This document shows positions 38,994 to 49,372 of a DNA stretch of 64,000 bases, piece after piece. This stretch comes from a virus: positions 1 to 64,000 of IMG/VR virus record IMGVR_UViG_3300013137_000015; one strand, 5' to 3'. Made by a program: the position numbers and the translations under genes. The number at the start of each line of letters is the position of its first letter. Position 1 is the stretch's first letter. The notes under the pieces were generated by a model. It was not told the DNA's origin and made no database searches. It worked only from the letters and a program-made list of their open reading frames with translations.

Positions 38994-40217
38994 ATGAAAA
39001 AGTTTTATACATTTGTAAATGAAACACTAACTAATAAACAACAAACATATATTGATGTAATAATAAATTATTTAAAAAAGAATGCTGAATTTGATGTTTT
39101 TGAATATAGTGAAAAATTTGAAGTTTCAAAGACTGACTATCCAAGAAAACTCACAGGTAAATTATTTTTAATACCAAACGAAAAGGCTGTTAGATTTAAT
39201 TTTGATAAAGATAGAATTGTTTCAATTGATATGTGGAATAATTTTCAATTTAGTTTTGAAACTATTACTAATAAACCAGATTTTACAATGGAATTAGAAG
39301 GTTCTATTGTTTCTGTATTAGATGATATTGTCGCTTTTATTGATGGTGAATTTGATGTTGTTGAAAAATTAAAAAACGAGCCAACAATAGAAGTTAAGAA
39401 AGCCAGTAAAGAAAAAGTAAATTTAGATTCATTAAATATTAATAAAAAAGTTCTTGATGAAGATATAGATATATTCGAATCAATAAAACTTTATACAATG
39501 CAAGTTGGATATAAAGTATCCAATTCTCTCGTTATAAGTGGTTTGCCTGGTTTGGGTAAAACTTGGGATGTGGAAGATACTCTAAAAAACATGCACATTG
39601 ATTTTGTTCCAGTTGCAGGTGATATTACAACAGCAGGTTTATATGAAATTTTATTTTTAAATAGGGATAAATTAATTCTATTTGATGATATGGATTCTGT
39701 ATATGATTCAAAAGAATCTGTAAACTTATTAAAAGCTGTGTTAGATACTAAACCAAAAAGAAAAGTATCTAGAATTTTAAAAACACATTTCGATTCATTT
39801 ACAATGACAGATGATCAAATTCAGAAAACATATGAAGAAACTGGTAAATTACCAAAACAATTTGAATTTACAGGAAGAATTATATTTATAACAAATATGT
39901 CTGGTGATGAATTAGATGAAGCTCTTATTTCAAGATCCTTATTCGTTGATGTAAATCCAGATATAGATGAAATTATAAGAAGAATAAAATCTATAATACC
40001 AAGTATTCAATCAAGAATTCCAATTGAAAAGAAGAATGATATACTTAACTTTATGATGGCTATGTCACAACAATATGAATTGAGATTTCCATTAAATTTG
40101 AGAACATTTGTACATTGTTTAAATATCAGAATAGCAAATGAATTTGATGTAACAATTGGTGGTGAGAGTATTCCACAATGGCAAAGACTTATTAAAAATT
40201 ACTTGATAAAGAAATGA
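38994..40217 (+). CDS. Leader + AAA-type P-loop ATPase
   Basis: GLPGLGKT, LILFDDMD, IFITN, ALISRS. Confidence 0.8.
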   Translation: MKKFYTFVNETLTNKQQTYIDVIINYLKKNAEFDVFEYSEKFEVSKTDYPRKLTGKLFLIPNEKAVRFNFDKDRIVSIDMWNNFQFSFETITNKPDFTMELEGSIVSVLDDIVAFIDGEFDVVEKLKNEPTIEVKKASKEKVNLDSLNINKKVLDEDIDIFESIKLYTMQVGYKVSNSLVISGLPGLGKTWDVEDTLKNMHIDFVPVAGDITTAGLYEILFLNRDKLILFDDMDSVYDSKESVNLLKAVLDTKPKRKVSRILKTHFDSFTMTDDQIQKTYEETGKLPKQFEFTGRIIFITNMSGDELDEALISRSLFVDVNPDIDEIIRRIKSIIPSIQSRIPIEKKNDILNFMMAMSQQYELRFPLNLRTFVHCLNIRIANEFDVTIGGESIPQWQRLIKNYLIKK

Positions 40218-40372
40218 AAAACTTAAAAACATATGAAGGATTTATCAATGAAGGAATATTAGATATTCCTGTTCAAATAATGAAAATTATTCGTAAATTT
40301 AAGTTGTTTGATATTTTATCAAAAATTAAAAAGGCATTAAAAGAAATGCCAAGTAATATAGATGCCGCATAA
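40214..40372 (+). CDS. 52-aa leader-bearing mini-ORF (not in track)
   Basis: MKNLKTYEGFINEGIL; ATGA overlap with the upstream stop. Confidence 0.6.
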   Translation: MKNLKTYEGFINEGILDIPVQIMKIIRKFKLFDILSKIKKALKEMPSNIDAA

Positions 40373-40399
40373 TTATTTTTAAAACACTACAACAGAGAA

Positions 40400-40780
40400 A
40401 TGTCTTTTTTAAAGAATGAATCTGTTTTAGAATATATTAACACTGATAAAATACAGAAAAGATGGAGAAGGGAAGAAATGTGGGATAAAATAAAATTAAG
40501 TGGTAAAGTTTTAGGATTTTTTGTAGCAGCATGTATTGTATTAGCATTTCTTGGTGGAGGATTATCCAAACAATATGAATCAAAATGTAAAGAATTTTTA
40601 CAAAATCAAAGATATGAAAATATAAAAGTTGTCGGTTGGGACCCAATATCTGAAAACAAAGGAGATATAACATCTATGAAATTTGAAGCCACAAATGAAA
40701 ATGGTAAAAATGTTAAAGGCGTTGTAATTGTTGGTGGTAGTGTTTTATTCGGAGAAACATACCAAGTTAAGTTTAAATAA
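40400..40780 (+). CDS. Single-TM membrane protein
   Basis: VLGFFVAACIVLAFLGG. Confidence 0.6.
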   Translation: MSFLKNESVLEYINTDKIQKRWRREEMWDKIKLSGKVLGFFVAACIVLAFLGGGLSKQYESKCKEFLQNQRYENIKVVGWDPISENKGDITSMKFEATNENGKNVKGVVIVGGSVLFGETYQVKFK

Positions 40781-41403
40781 TGAAAAATTATAAAAATTTC
40801 ATAAAAGAATATAATATATGGGATGAATTTCATACATTGAAATCAAAAAATCCCAGAAATCCTCAATTAATATACGAAAGAGAACCTGATAAAAATATTT
40901 TAGATCGTCTAACATATGATTTAGAAAACGGTTCAAGTATTTTAGATTTAGGTTGTGGTGATGGTGTCGATGCTATTTATTTTGATAGTAAAGGATTTGA
41001 TGTTAGTGCATTAGATATTTCACCAGTAGTTATAGAAGAGAATTTTAAGAAAAATCCTAATATAGATTGGAGAGTTTATGATATTGGAAAATTTGAATTA
41101 CCTTATGAAAACAATGAGTTTGATTTAATATATTGCAGATTATCTTTACATTATTTCGATAGATATACAGTAACACAAATTGTTCATGATATTAATAATA
41201 AATTAAAAGATGGTGGTATTTTTTATTTTACAGTAAAAACACAATCATTTGCAGAAAAAGTAAAAACTGGAAAACAATTCTTACATAAAAAAGAATGGAT
41301 TAAAGTTTTAAACTATTATTTCAAAGATATACATATAACAGAACATTCAGGAAAGTTATACAACATACCTAGTAATTGGTTGGAAATAGAATGTTATAAA
41401 TAA
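40780..41403 (+). CDS. Leader + class I SAM-dependent methyltransferase
   Basis: ILDLGCGDG, ALDIS, FDLIYCRLSLHYF, LKDGG. Confidence 0.85.
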   Translation: MKNYKNFIKEYNIWDEFHTLKSKNPRNPQLIYEREPDKNILDRLTYDLENGSSILDLGCGDGVDAIYFDSKGFDVSALDISPVVIEENFKKNPNIDWRVYDIGKFELPYENNEFDLIYCRLSLHYFDRYTVTQIVHDINNKLKDGGIFYFTVKTQSFAEKVKTGKQFLHKKEWIKVLNYYFKDIHITEHSGKLYNIPSNWLEIECYK

Positions 41404-42126
41404 TTATTGTAAGTTTTCATCACCAAATTCGTACTTTATAATCTCTTTTAGTAACCAAGCGTCATTAATATCTTCTAATGGCTTTGGAAATGTTTTTAAT
41501 GATAATATTTCTTCTGTATTTTCAACATAAAATTTATCCAAAATACAATTTGATTTAGAGTCCAATATCAATTTAAACATATCTTTTTTATCAAAATCAC
41601 CACCTTTTTTACCATCCATAGTATTTATTTGCTTTACGATTTTTTCCTTTTTCTTACCTATGTTAACCATTTCATAACCAAACACCATTTCACATGATGT
41701 TAGTTTCAAAGATTTTGGTGCAATTATTTTTATTTTCTTTATATTTGGTATGGATTCAAAAATCTTACCTCTTATTATAGAACCAACACCAACCAAATCT
41801 ATTATTTGTGAAGAATCTTTACCATAAGAATAACCTTCAATATAAATAATTGTTTCTTTTGTAGCATCAATTGTAGTAACAATATCATCTATTAAATCGT
41901 TTGATATTTTTGTAAATATTGATAATTTATTTATTTCTAAATCTGAATAATTATCAATGGTATTATCATACTCATATGTTCTTATTTTTACAATATTTTC
42001 AATACTTTTATTCCACTTGTATGTTGGTTTATTTGTATTGTATGAGAATATGTATTCTTTTTCTTTATTAACTTCGATGACCATCGAAGTCGAAATTTTC
42101 GATATATCTAAACCTATTAAATTCAT
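41404..42126 (-). CDS. RuvC-like (RNase H fold) Holliday junction resolvase
   Basis: IGLDISKISTS, YIEGYSY, APKSLK, EDINDAW. Confidence 0.7.
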   Translation of the reverse strand: MNLIGLDISKISTSMVIEVNKEKEYIFSYNTNKPTYKWNKSIENIVKIRTYEYDNTIDNYSDLEINKLSIFTKISNDLIDDIVTTIDATKETIIYIEGYSYGKDSSQIIDLVGVGSIIRGKIFESIPNIKKIKIIAPKSLKLTSCEMVFGYEMVNIGKKKEKIVKQINTMDGKKGGDFDKKDMFKLILDSKSNCILDKFYVENTEEILSLKTFPKPLEDINDAWLLKEIIKYEFGDENLQ

Positions 42127-42584
42127 AGTAATGTTTCGAGAAATTTCCCCGATATTAATTTTTTAGCTGTTTCAATCTCTATAAATCTGGCTTCATCTAT
42201 TTCTTCTATTTGTAGATTTTCTTTTGGTATAACAAACTCAGAATTAAAATATGTTTCAAATTCTTCGTGAGTTAGACTATGTTTATAGTACCAATAATGC
42301 TTTATACCAGATTGCTTTTCTACAGGATTTAGCTCATATAATTTTTTGTTGTCCAAAAAATTCTTAGGTAATTTTACACCAGTTTCTTCTTGAAATTCTC
42401 TTATAGCCGCTTCGTTCCAATCTTCACCAGATTCTACTCTTCCTTTTGGATATGACCAATTATTATGTTTAAACCCAGTAGGATGAACTAATAAAAATAA
42501 TTTACCATAGTTAAAAACTATACCAACAGAGCCATAATGCAATTTCTTTTCAAATGTAAAATATCTTGTTATTAAATGTTTCAT
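42123..42584 (-). CDS. Leader + NUDIX hydrolase
   Basis: PKGRVESGEDWNEAAIREFQEETG. Confidence 0.9.
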   Translation of the reverse strand: MKHLITRYFTFEKKLHYGSVGIVFNYGKLFLLVHPTGFKHNNWSYPKGRVESGEDWNEAAIREFQEETGVKLPKNFLDNKKLYELNPVEKQSGIKHYWYYKHSLTHEEFETYFNSEFVIPKENLQIEEIDEARFIEIETAKKLISGKFLETLL

Positions 42585-42856
42585 GATGTTATCATTTTAA
42601 ATTTATTGTTTAAAGCTTTTTCAATAACACCACAAATCGGCTTATTACCTATTATATGAGCGTTTTCATTGAAACACCTGAACCCCATGCCAAATTGAAA
42701 ATACAATGTTAAATCATTCGATATTTTAACACCTTGCATTAACAAAAAGTATAATTGGTTATTGTCAAAATTTTCAATTAAGTTTCTAACTACAGGTTTC
42801 ATTGTCATTTCATTGTAGTTATTTTCTAATAAAATATTTAAACAGTCTTTTATCAT
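42581..42856 (-). CDS. Hypothetical protein
   Basis: Overlap-coupled ORF. Confidence 0.5.
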   Translation of the reverse strand: MIKDCLNILLENNYNEMTMKPVVRNLIENFDNNQLYFLLMQGVKISNDLTLYFQFGMGFRCFNENAHIIGNKPICGVIEKALNNKFKMITS

Positions 42857-42873
42857 AACATACTATATTAATT

Positions 42874-45800
42874 TTAATCCTCTAAATATATAAATCCTTC
42901 ATTATCAAACCAATAATACTGACCACCTACATTTAGGTATCTATAATCTGGCACATGGAAGTTATTATTTACAAGTACATAATTTTTACTTGTTGAGGTA
43001 TTAACCATTTTATTATATTTTTGACCAACACCATAATCATTATAAGATGATGTTTCTATGTATAAATATTCATCAATATATTTATCCAAATTAAATGAGA
43101 AATTACCCAAATCATTTTTCATTAATTTAAAATATTTTTGTGGTATTAATTTATTCGTACCATCTGTTGATTTACTAAATGTTTGAATTTTACAAGTCCA
43201 ACCACTTGGTGATATACCACTTCTTGTATAAAATTCTATTTCAAATAAATAGTTGTGGTCAAAATTAAGTGTTTCTGTATAAGTAAAATTAACAACTGTA
43301 GAATCATTTTCGGAATATGATTTTATAACTTGATTTGAAACATCATAATTTTGATAATTGTTGCAAGGAACATCGGCAACACCAGTTATATCAATTAAGT
43401 TTGAAGATAAAGGAAGAATATTTCTTTTTAGCCATCTCTTTAATTTATTTAGTTTTATTTGTATTTCATCCAAAGAATATAACAAAATATTATTACCATC
43501 TTCGTCTGTAATCCTATATGTTAAATTAAATAAATTCGTTTTCTTAAATAAACCAGTATTATATTTTCCACTTATATAATCTGTAGGTGTCCAACCTTCA
43601 ACGGTATTATCAAAAATGTCCTGAATTAATACTTTATGTAATTTTTGATACAAAGGAGAATTTGGATTTACATTTTTATAATATTCAAATAATTGTAAAT
43701 CATTCCAACCAAAATAATTTATAGCATTTATCACAGACTTATAAGATCCGATATAATTATAAATTTCTGGATATTGTAACAACATTTCTTTTCGTTTTCT
43801 ATTCAATAAAGTATAATCTACACCATCTTCATCAATATCGGATTCTATAAATATCTTTTCTACATCTTCATCCAATTGAATACCAAGATTATTAAGAACC
43901 ATTCTAAATCTTTCATCTTCTACTTCTGTTTCACCTAAAACATTTAACCTTAATATTGGTTTTGGCTGAACCTTTATTTCATAATAATAACCAGATGTTT
44001 TTCCTGTTGTTGTAAATGCCGAAAATTCATTTCCATCATTATATTCAAAATCTCTATAATCTTCATAGAATTTCATTTGTTTACCACCGACTTTTTCTAT
44101 TAATAAAGTTCCATAATTTTCAAAAATTGTAGTTCCTGTAACAGATTGATCTATAAAATCTATTGTAATTGGTTGATATTTTTCAAACCCATAATCTATA
44201 AAATTGAAATTTTGTTGTGTTGTTGTAATCAATAAAGTACCAGCTGAATTGAAACTGAATTCAATACCATTTAGATTGTTTAATGAATTTGTATATCCTG
44301 AAAATATTATATTTTCAACCTTATCCATAACAACAGTTGTTTGAGATACGCCTTCGTTTGTAGAATTAAAGCCTAAAAATACTTGCAATGGTGTTGGTGT
44401 GTAATCATATTCTGTTAATTCATTATAAGAATCTAATAAGAAATTTAAACAGTAATCACCATCTTTTCCTCTAAAAACGGTTTGTTGTTTTGTAGGATCG
44501 GCTACATCTTCTAATTTTTTATTTGGTTCATCTCTAAGTATAATATTTTGATTTACACTTGAACAAGGATTTTCTGTGTCCCATAACGGTTTTGGACCAG
44601 TATATGTCAATCTACTATCATCTAAATATGGTTGTAAATGGTCACCACTTATATCATAATAGAAAATATCTTCAGAATAAGGTATATCAAATTTTAGAGA
44701 ATAATAAACATCTTTTGTTGCACTTTCTCTTGGTTTTCTCAAAAATCTATCAACTTCTAAAGTTATATTAGCAAAATCACTATAAAATAATCCTTGATAA
44801 GATAATTCTAATATTGAATCGGTTAATCCAACGATATTATACTTTGAGTTATTTTGGGTATAATTTGAATCACTGACTGTTATGATCATACCAGTTGCAA
44901 AACCTAAATCATAAAAGCTATTAATGTTTGATAAATATGATAACTCTATTTCGTTGCCAGATAATGATATGAATCTATTTTCAATTTCAGTTGTTATTTC
45001 ATAACTTGAATAAGCATTTACTTTAACTTTATATGAATGTATTTCAATATTTGGAAATGTAGCATATATACCTAAACTATTTGTGCCGCCTGTCATTATG
45101 AATCCTGCAGTAGCAAACAAAGTCGCATATGTTGAAATAAATGATTGAATTGTAGTTTGAGTATCACCAGAAAACGCAATATAATAATCAGTGTCATTTA
45201 ATTCTAAATTAAATCCAAAATTAGTTTCATTATTATTTAAATCAAAATATATTTCTAAATAATGTTCTCTATTAAAATTATCATAATCATTTGGATAAAT
45301 ATTTTCTTTATATAACTGATTATCAAATTCTAATAAAACCTTATTTATTTCATAATTTGTAATTGCGGTTGTTGTAACTAATATATCATTAATATAAACA
45401 CTTGGTATAAAATATTTATCATATGTTAAAGCCGAATTAGTATCTTTATTTAAAGAATATGCAGAATGTATATTCAATGTACATGCTGATAATGTTGTTG
45501 CTGTTTGTGAGTAAACTAAAATTCCATAATTATTTAACAAATAATCACCATATGAAGTATTAAATGCGTCCAATGTTGAGTTCATGTTTGTTACACCAGA
45601 TATTTTTAATATTTGTTGTTCAAATGATAAAACATTTGATGTATCGTATGCTATAACATTTTTTGTAAATGTTTGTGGAAATGATGCTGGTATTGACATT
45701 GTACAAACAATTGTCTTAACTTCATCTATTGTTATTAATTTTTTAATTGAATAAGAGTTTAATACCGTTTCAGGAATTGTATATTCTTTTACTTTAAATC

Positions 45801-47256
45801 TTTCGTATCTTTGTGCAAGTGGTATATATTCTGCGTGAGAAGAATTAATATCAACATTATTATACATCCAAATCGCATCTAATTCTAATTGTTCTTGTGT
45901 AGTTCTATTGTTACTTTTTGATTTTGTAACAATCATATTATACCAGTTACTATCATTTATAATTCTATTTTTCCAATACTGTATTCTAATATCATAAAAT
46001 GTTTGAATTGCTGTAACTGTAAATTCTCTCAAATCATTTTTATGTCTTGTAGTTCCAGTTGTTACTGAATTTGCAAGTAGTTGAATAGTGTCACCAACAT
46101 CTAAAGCATAATCAAAACTTGAAGATGCTCCAGTTATTTGAATAAAATAATCATATGTAAAAAATGCACTTGGATAATATGTCTGAAAGAAAGACATATA
46201 CTTATTAAAATTCGTTGGTGTTGTATTTTTAATAAAGTTCTGAGATGATTTTCCTTTATTTCCAAAATGAGACATGAAGGTTTTATTTGTATTTAAACTC
46301 TTTATTAGTTCTACATTACCGTTATATAAATCAAATTCTGTTGTACCATCAACAATAGTAAAAATAGTATTATTCATAACAGGATTATCATCATAATCTT
46401 CGAATACTACTTGTTGATTTTCTTCTAATCCTATCAATGAGTTTAATTTTTTACCAAATTCTATATAAGCTGTTGAACCAGAAACAGTAAATTTTGCAGA
46501 ACCTTGGTATAATTTTGGTCTTTCTGTTTTTAATTCAAAATCTATTCTTAGCATATCACCACTATTTCCACTCAACGCCCAGGTTTGGTATACGGTTTTC
46601 ATCTGCGTATTATCTGCATAAATATTCACACCATCGTTTAATTGAGTACCTATGATGCTGAATTTTTTATTATCGTGTAAAGTCCAAGATGAAACTTGTG
46701 GGTATATAGTGTTATCATAATCATTAAATGAAACTATGTTATGAGATGATATAGTACCACCAACAAATATATATGACCAACCACTATTTGAGGTTTGAGT
46801 ATTAACTAATATAGCGTCTGGTTTTGTATCTAAAACCGTATAATATTTGTTATTAAAATCTGTATTTGATGTATTAAATGAAACACCAGAAAATGAAACT
46901 ACTGTGCCTTTTGGATATTTTTGGTCAAAATCATCACCATAAACCCATTTTGAATAAAAAGTGCCTGCGGCATTTACTCTTGCTATGTTTGTTATAGTAT
47001 CACCAGAATATGTAAATGGTTGAAAACTTATACCACTTGTATTGTATAGTTCCATTTTATTCATTAATAAATAATCGGTAAGTGTAAATGGTTGAACTTC
47101 TTCAAAAGTGTAGATAGTCATGGTTTTGAATAAATCACTTGAATTTTCTTCAAACCTTACAGTGCCTTCATAAACACCTTCATCATTAATCTCAAAATTA
47201 TATGGATATCCTTCTTGGTTAAAGAACAGTAACTTTTTATCGTTGTAAAATGGCAT
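42874..47256 (-). CDS. Large virion structural protein (baseplate wedge-like)
   Basis: 1460 aa, T/S/N/G-rich; YIGSYKSVINAINYFGW in the C-terminal part; late box at 47281. Confidence 0.6.
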   Translation of the reverse strand: MPFYNDKKLLFFNQEGYPYNFEINDEGVYEGTVRFEENSSDLFKTMTIYTFEEVQPFTLTDYLLMNKMELYNTSGISFQPFTYSGDTITNIARVNAAGTFYSKWVYGDDFDQKYPKGTVVSFSGVSFNTSNTDFNNKYYTVLDTKPDAILVNTQTSNSGWSYIFVGGTISSHNIVSFNDYDNTIYPQVSSWTLHDNKKFSIIGTQLNDGVNIYADNTQMKTVYQTWALSGNSGDMLRIDFELKTERPKLYQGSAKFTVSGSTAYIEFGKKLNSLIGLEENQQVVFEDYDDNPVMNNTIFTIVDGTTEFDLYNGNVELIKSLNTNKTFMSHFGNKGKSSQNFIKNTTPTNFNKYMSFFQTYYPSAFFTYDYFIQITGASSSFDYALDVGDTIQLLANSVTTGTTRHKNDLREFTVTAIQTFYDIRIQYWKNRIINDSNWYNMIVTKSKSNNRTTQEQLELDAIWMYNNVDINSSHAEYIPLAQRYERFKVKEYTIPETVLNSYSIKKLITIDEVKTIVCTMSIPASFPQTFTKNVIAYDTSNVLSFEQQILKISGVTNMNSTLDAFNTSYGDYLLNNYGILVYSQTATTLSACTLNIHSAYSLNKDTNSALTYDKYFIPSVYINDILVTTTAITNYEINKVLLEFDNQLYKENIYPNDYDNFNREHYLEIYFDLNNNETNFGFNLELNDTDYYIAFSGDTQTTIQSFISTYATLFATAGFIMTGGTNSLGIYATFPNIEIHSYKVKVNAYSSYEITTEIENRFISLSGNEIELSYLSNINSFYDLGFATGMIITVSDSNYTQNNSKYNIVGLTDSILELSYQGLFYSDFANITLEVDRFLRKPRESATKDVYYSLKFDIPYSEDIFYYDISGDHLQPYLDDSRLTYTGPKPLWDTENPCSSVNQNIILRDEPNKKLEDVADPTKQQTVFRGKDGDYCLNFLLDSYNELTEYDYTPTPLQVFLGFNSTNEGVSQTTVVMDKVENIIFSGYTNSLNNLNGIEFSFNSAGTLLITTTQQNFNFIDYGFEKYQPITIDFIDQSVTGTTIFENYGTLLIEKVGGKQMKFYEDYRDFEYNDGNEFSAFTTTGKTSGYYYEIKVQPKPILRLNVLGETEVEDERFRMVLNNLGIQLDEDVEKIFIESDIDEDGVDYTLLNRKRKEMLLQYPEIYNYIGSYKSVINAINYFGWNDLQLFEYYKNVNPNSPLYQKLHKVLIQDIFDNTVEGWTPTDYISGKYNTGLFKKTNLFNLTYRITDEDGNNILLYSLDEIQIKLNKLKRWLKRNILPLSSNLIDITGVADVPCNNYQNYDVSNQVIKSYSENDSTVVNFTYTETLNFDHNYLFEIEFYTRSGISPSGWTCKIQTFSKSTDGTNKLIPQKYFKLMKNDLGNFSFNLDKYIDEYLYIETSSYNDYGVGQKYNKMVNTSTSKNYVLVNNNFHVPDYRYLNVGGQYYWFDNEGFIYLED

Positions 47257-47325
47257 ACATTATTAAATTATAATTTGTATTATATATTAAAATGTCATGA
47301 ATAAAAGAGAATAAATAAACTTTTT

Positions 47326-47670
47326 TTGACAAACCAAATACAAACCATTAAAAACAACCATTTTAGTATGGAAATTAAATTAAAAGACAATGTAATTTTT
47401 ACACCTTATGATGATGCTAAACTCTTGAAAGAAAGAATATTAGACTTCATATTTGAAGCAAAAACCGACAAAATCCTTTATAAAGGTAATCCTAGTGGAA
47501 TAAATTACAAACTATTAAAAAAGATTTTACCACTTGAACAAATAAAAAAAGATTTAGATTCGAAATCTATAAACAATTTTATAGAAATAAGAAGTGATAA
47601 TATAAGGGAGGTATATACTGATTTGATAATGAAGGTTAATTGTAAATATTGTCTAATATACAAGGTATAA
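47326..47670 (+). CDS. Hypothetical protein; start may be the ATG at 47368
   Basis: ORF. Confidence 0.5.
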   Translation: MTNQIQTIKNNHFSMEIKLKDNVIFTPYDDAKLLKERILDFIFEAKTDKILYKGNPSGINYKLLKKILPLEQIKKDLDSKSINNFIEIRSDNIREVYTDLIMKVNCKYCLIYKV

Positions 47671-47698
47671 AAAGAGAATATAAAACTCATTAATCAAA

Positions 47699-47890
47699 AT
47701 GAAAGCAGATTATATAACAGGAGCGTTTTTGTTTGGATTTATTTTACTTGGAATATTATTTTGGTTTTCAACTATGAATAAAAAAGAATGGAAACATTTT
47801 TTAGATAGCGGAGTATTGTATGGAATGATGTACCCAATTGGAATATGCGTTGTATTTATTATTGCATTTCTTTACGCAGCATTTTCTTAA
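47699..47890 (+). CDS. Small two-TM membrane protein
   Basis: Two hydrophobic segments. Confidence 0.55.
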   Translation: MKADYITGAFLFGFILLGILFWFSTMNKKEWKHFLDSGVLYGMMYPIGICVVFIIAFLYAAFS

Positions 47891-48054
47891 TTAACTATTT
47901 AGCAGAATTAAAATCTTTTGGTTTAAAAATAGATGAATTTCCATTGTCATATCAAGAAGCGGATAAATTGTATGGATTAGGAGATGGTTATTGTTGTGAT
48001 GATTGTGATGGTGATTATAACAATTATAAAAAAATCCGAATGAAAAATTAAAAT

Positions 48055-48083
48055 AAAAAGACCTCAAAAACGAGGTCTTTTTT
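48055..48083. terminator. Bidirectional terminator; same stem as 61143-61170
   Basis: AAAAGACCTC..GAGGTCTTTT. Confidence 0.75.
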
Positions 48084-48085
48084 GC

Positions 48086-48412
48086 TTACTTATGTTTTTC
48101 CTTGAATGACTTTATAGAATCTTTAACATAATTCTCATCATCAAGTTCTGTTACCTCAACGATAGCAGTCACTTCATCTGGAAAAAAGAATCTTGAGAAA
48201 TCGATTAATCGAACATTTTTTTCCAAATAATCTAATAGAATGTAACATGATGCAAGATTGTGATTTTTTTCAAAACCAAGTTCTTCATTAGACATTTTGA
48301 CTAAGTTAACTACTTCATCATATGAAAATTGAGCCATACTATAATCTCTACACATTGCTAGTGATTTTATCTTATTTTCACGAATTATTTCCTGTACCTT
48401 TTTAGACTTCAT
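48086..48412 (-). CDS. Hypothetical protein with an internal duplication
   Basis: DYS..QFSYDEVVNLV / DFS.FFFPDEVTAIV. Confidence 0.6.
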   Translation of the reverse strand: MKSKKVQEIIRENKIKSLAMCRDYSMAQFSYDEVVNLVKMSNEELGFEKNHNLASCYILLDYLEKNVRLIDFSRFFFPDEVTAIVEVTELDDENYVKDSIKSFKEKHK

Positions 48413-48481
48413 AAAAATTTTCTGATTTATTAATTTTATATATAAAAAGAGATAAAATGTTTAAAAAATAAAACCTATATT

Positions 48482-49357
48482 ATGAAACTTAAAAAATATA
48501 ATCAATTTATTAATGAGGCTTGGGTTGATGGTGTGAGTGATATGGCTAAATATAACAAAATGATAGATTATACATTACTTGATAATAATGCAACAACAGA
48601 AGATATTATAAGTTTATGCGAAGCTGCAAGAATAATGGATGTAAAATCAGTTTGTGTTATGCCTAAACATGTTCATATTGCTGCAGAAGAATTATCAGAT
48701 TGTGGTGTTTTAGTTTGTACTGTAATATCATTTCCCGAAGGAACAAATACAAATATACAAAAAGAAAAAGAAACTATTCAAGTTATTCAAGATGGTGCAG
48801 ATGAAGTTGATATGGTATTAAATTATCAAAATTTAAAGAAAAACTGGAATGAAAATAATCAATCTGGTGCTATTCCTCATGAAAATGATGATTTGTATAT
48901 AACTGTTGTGGAAGAAATTGGCGAAATTGCTAAAATATGTCATAGTTCAGAAAACAAAGACAACGAACCAATAATATTAAAAGTTATTGTCGAAAGTGGT
49001 AGGTTAGATATTGATCAGACAGAATTTGTTACAAATGCTTGTATGCAAGCAAATGCAGATTTTATAAAAACATCAACTGGTAAAGTAGAAATTGGAGCAG
49101 AACTTGATAAAGTTAAAGCAATGTATAATATTATACAAAATGCTGATGAAGATAATTCTATTGTTATGTATGATGAACATGGTAATGATGAAAATATTTA
49201 TCCTTATAATATTAATTTAAAAATAAAAGCTTCTGGTGGTGTTAGAACAATGGAAGATATTAAAAAATTTGAACCATATGTAGATAGATTTGGAATGGGT
49301 TATGCTGCAGTTGATGCACTCAATGGTTTAGAAAGAAAAGGTGATTCCAATTATTAA
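48482..49357 (+). CDS. deoC: Leader + deoxyribose-phosphate aldolase
   Basis: IDYTLL, TVISFPEG, GADEVDMV, LKVIVES, ADFIKTSTG, IKASGGVRT. Confidence 0.92.
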   Translation: MKLKKYNQFINEAWVDGVSDMAKYNKMIDYTLLDNNATTEDIISLCEAARIMDVKSVCVMPKHVHIAAEELSDCGVLVCTVISFPEGTNTNIQKEKETIQVIQDGADEVDMVLNYQNLKKNWNENNQSGAIPHENDDLYITVVEEIGEIAKICHSSENKDNEPIILKVIVESGRLDIDQTEFVTNACMQANADFIKTSTGKVEIGAELDKVKAMYNIIQNADEDNSIVMYDEHGNDENIYPYNINLKIKASGGVRTMEDIKKFEPYVDRFGMGYAAVDALNGLERKGDSNY

Positions 49358-49372
49358 AAATAAATATAAAAT

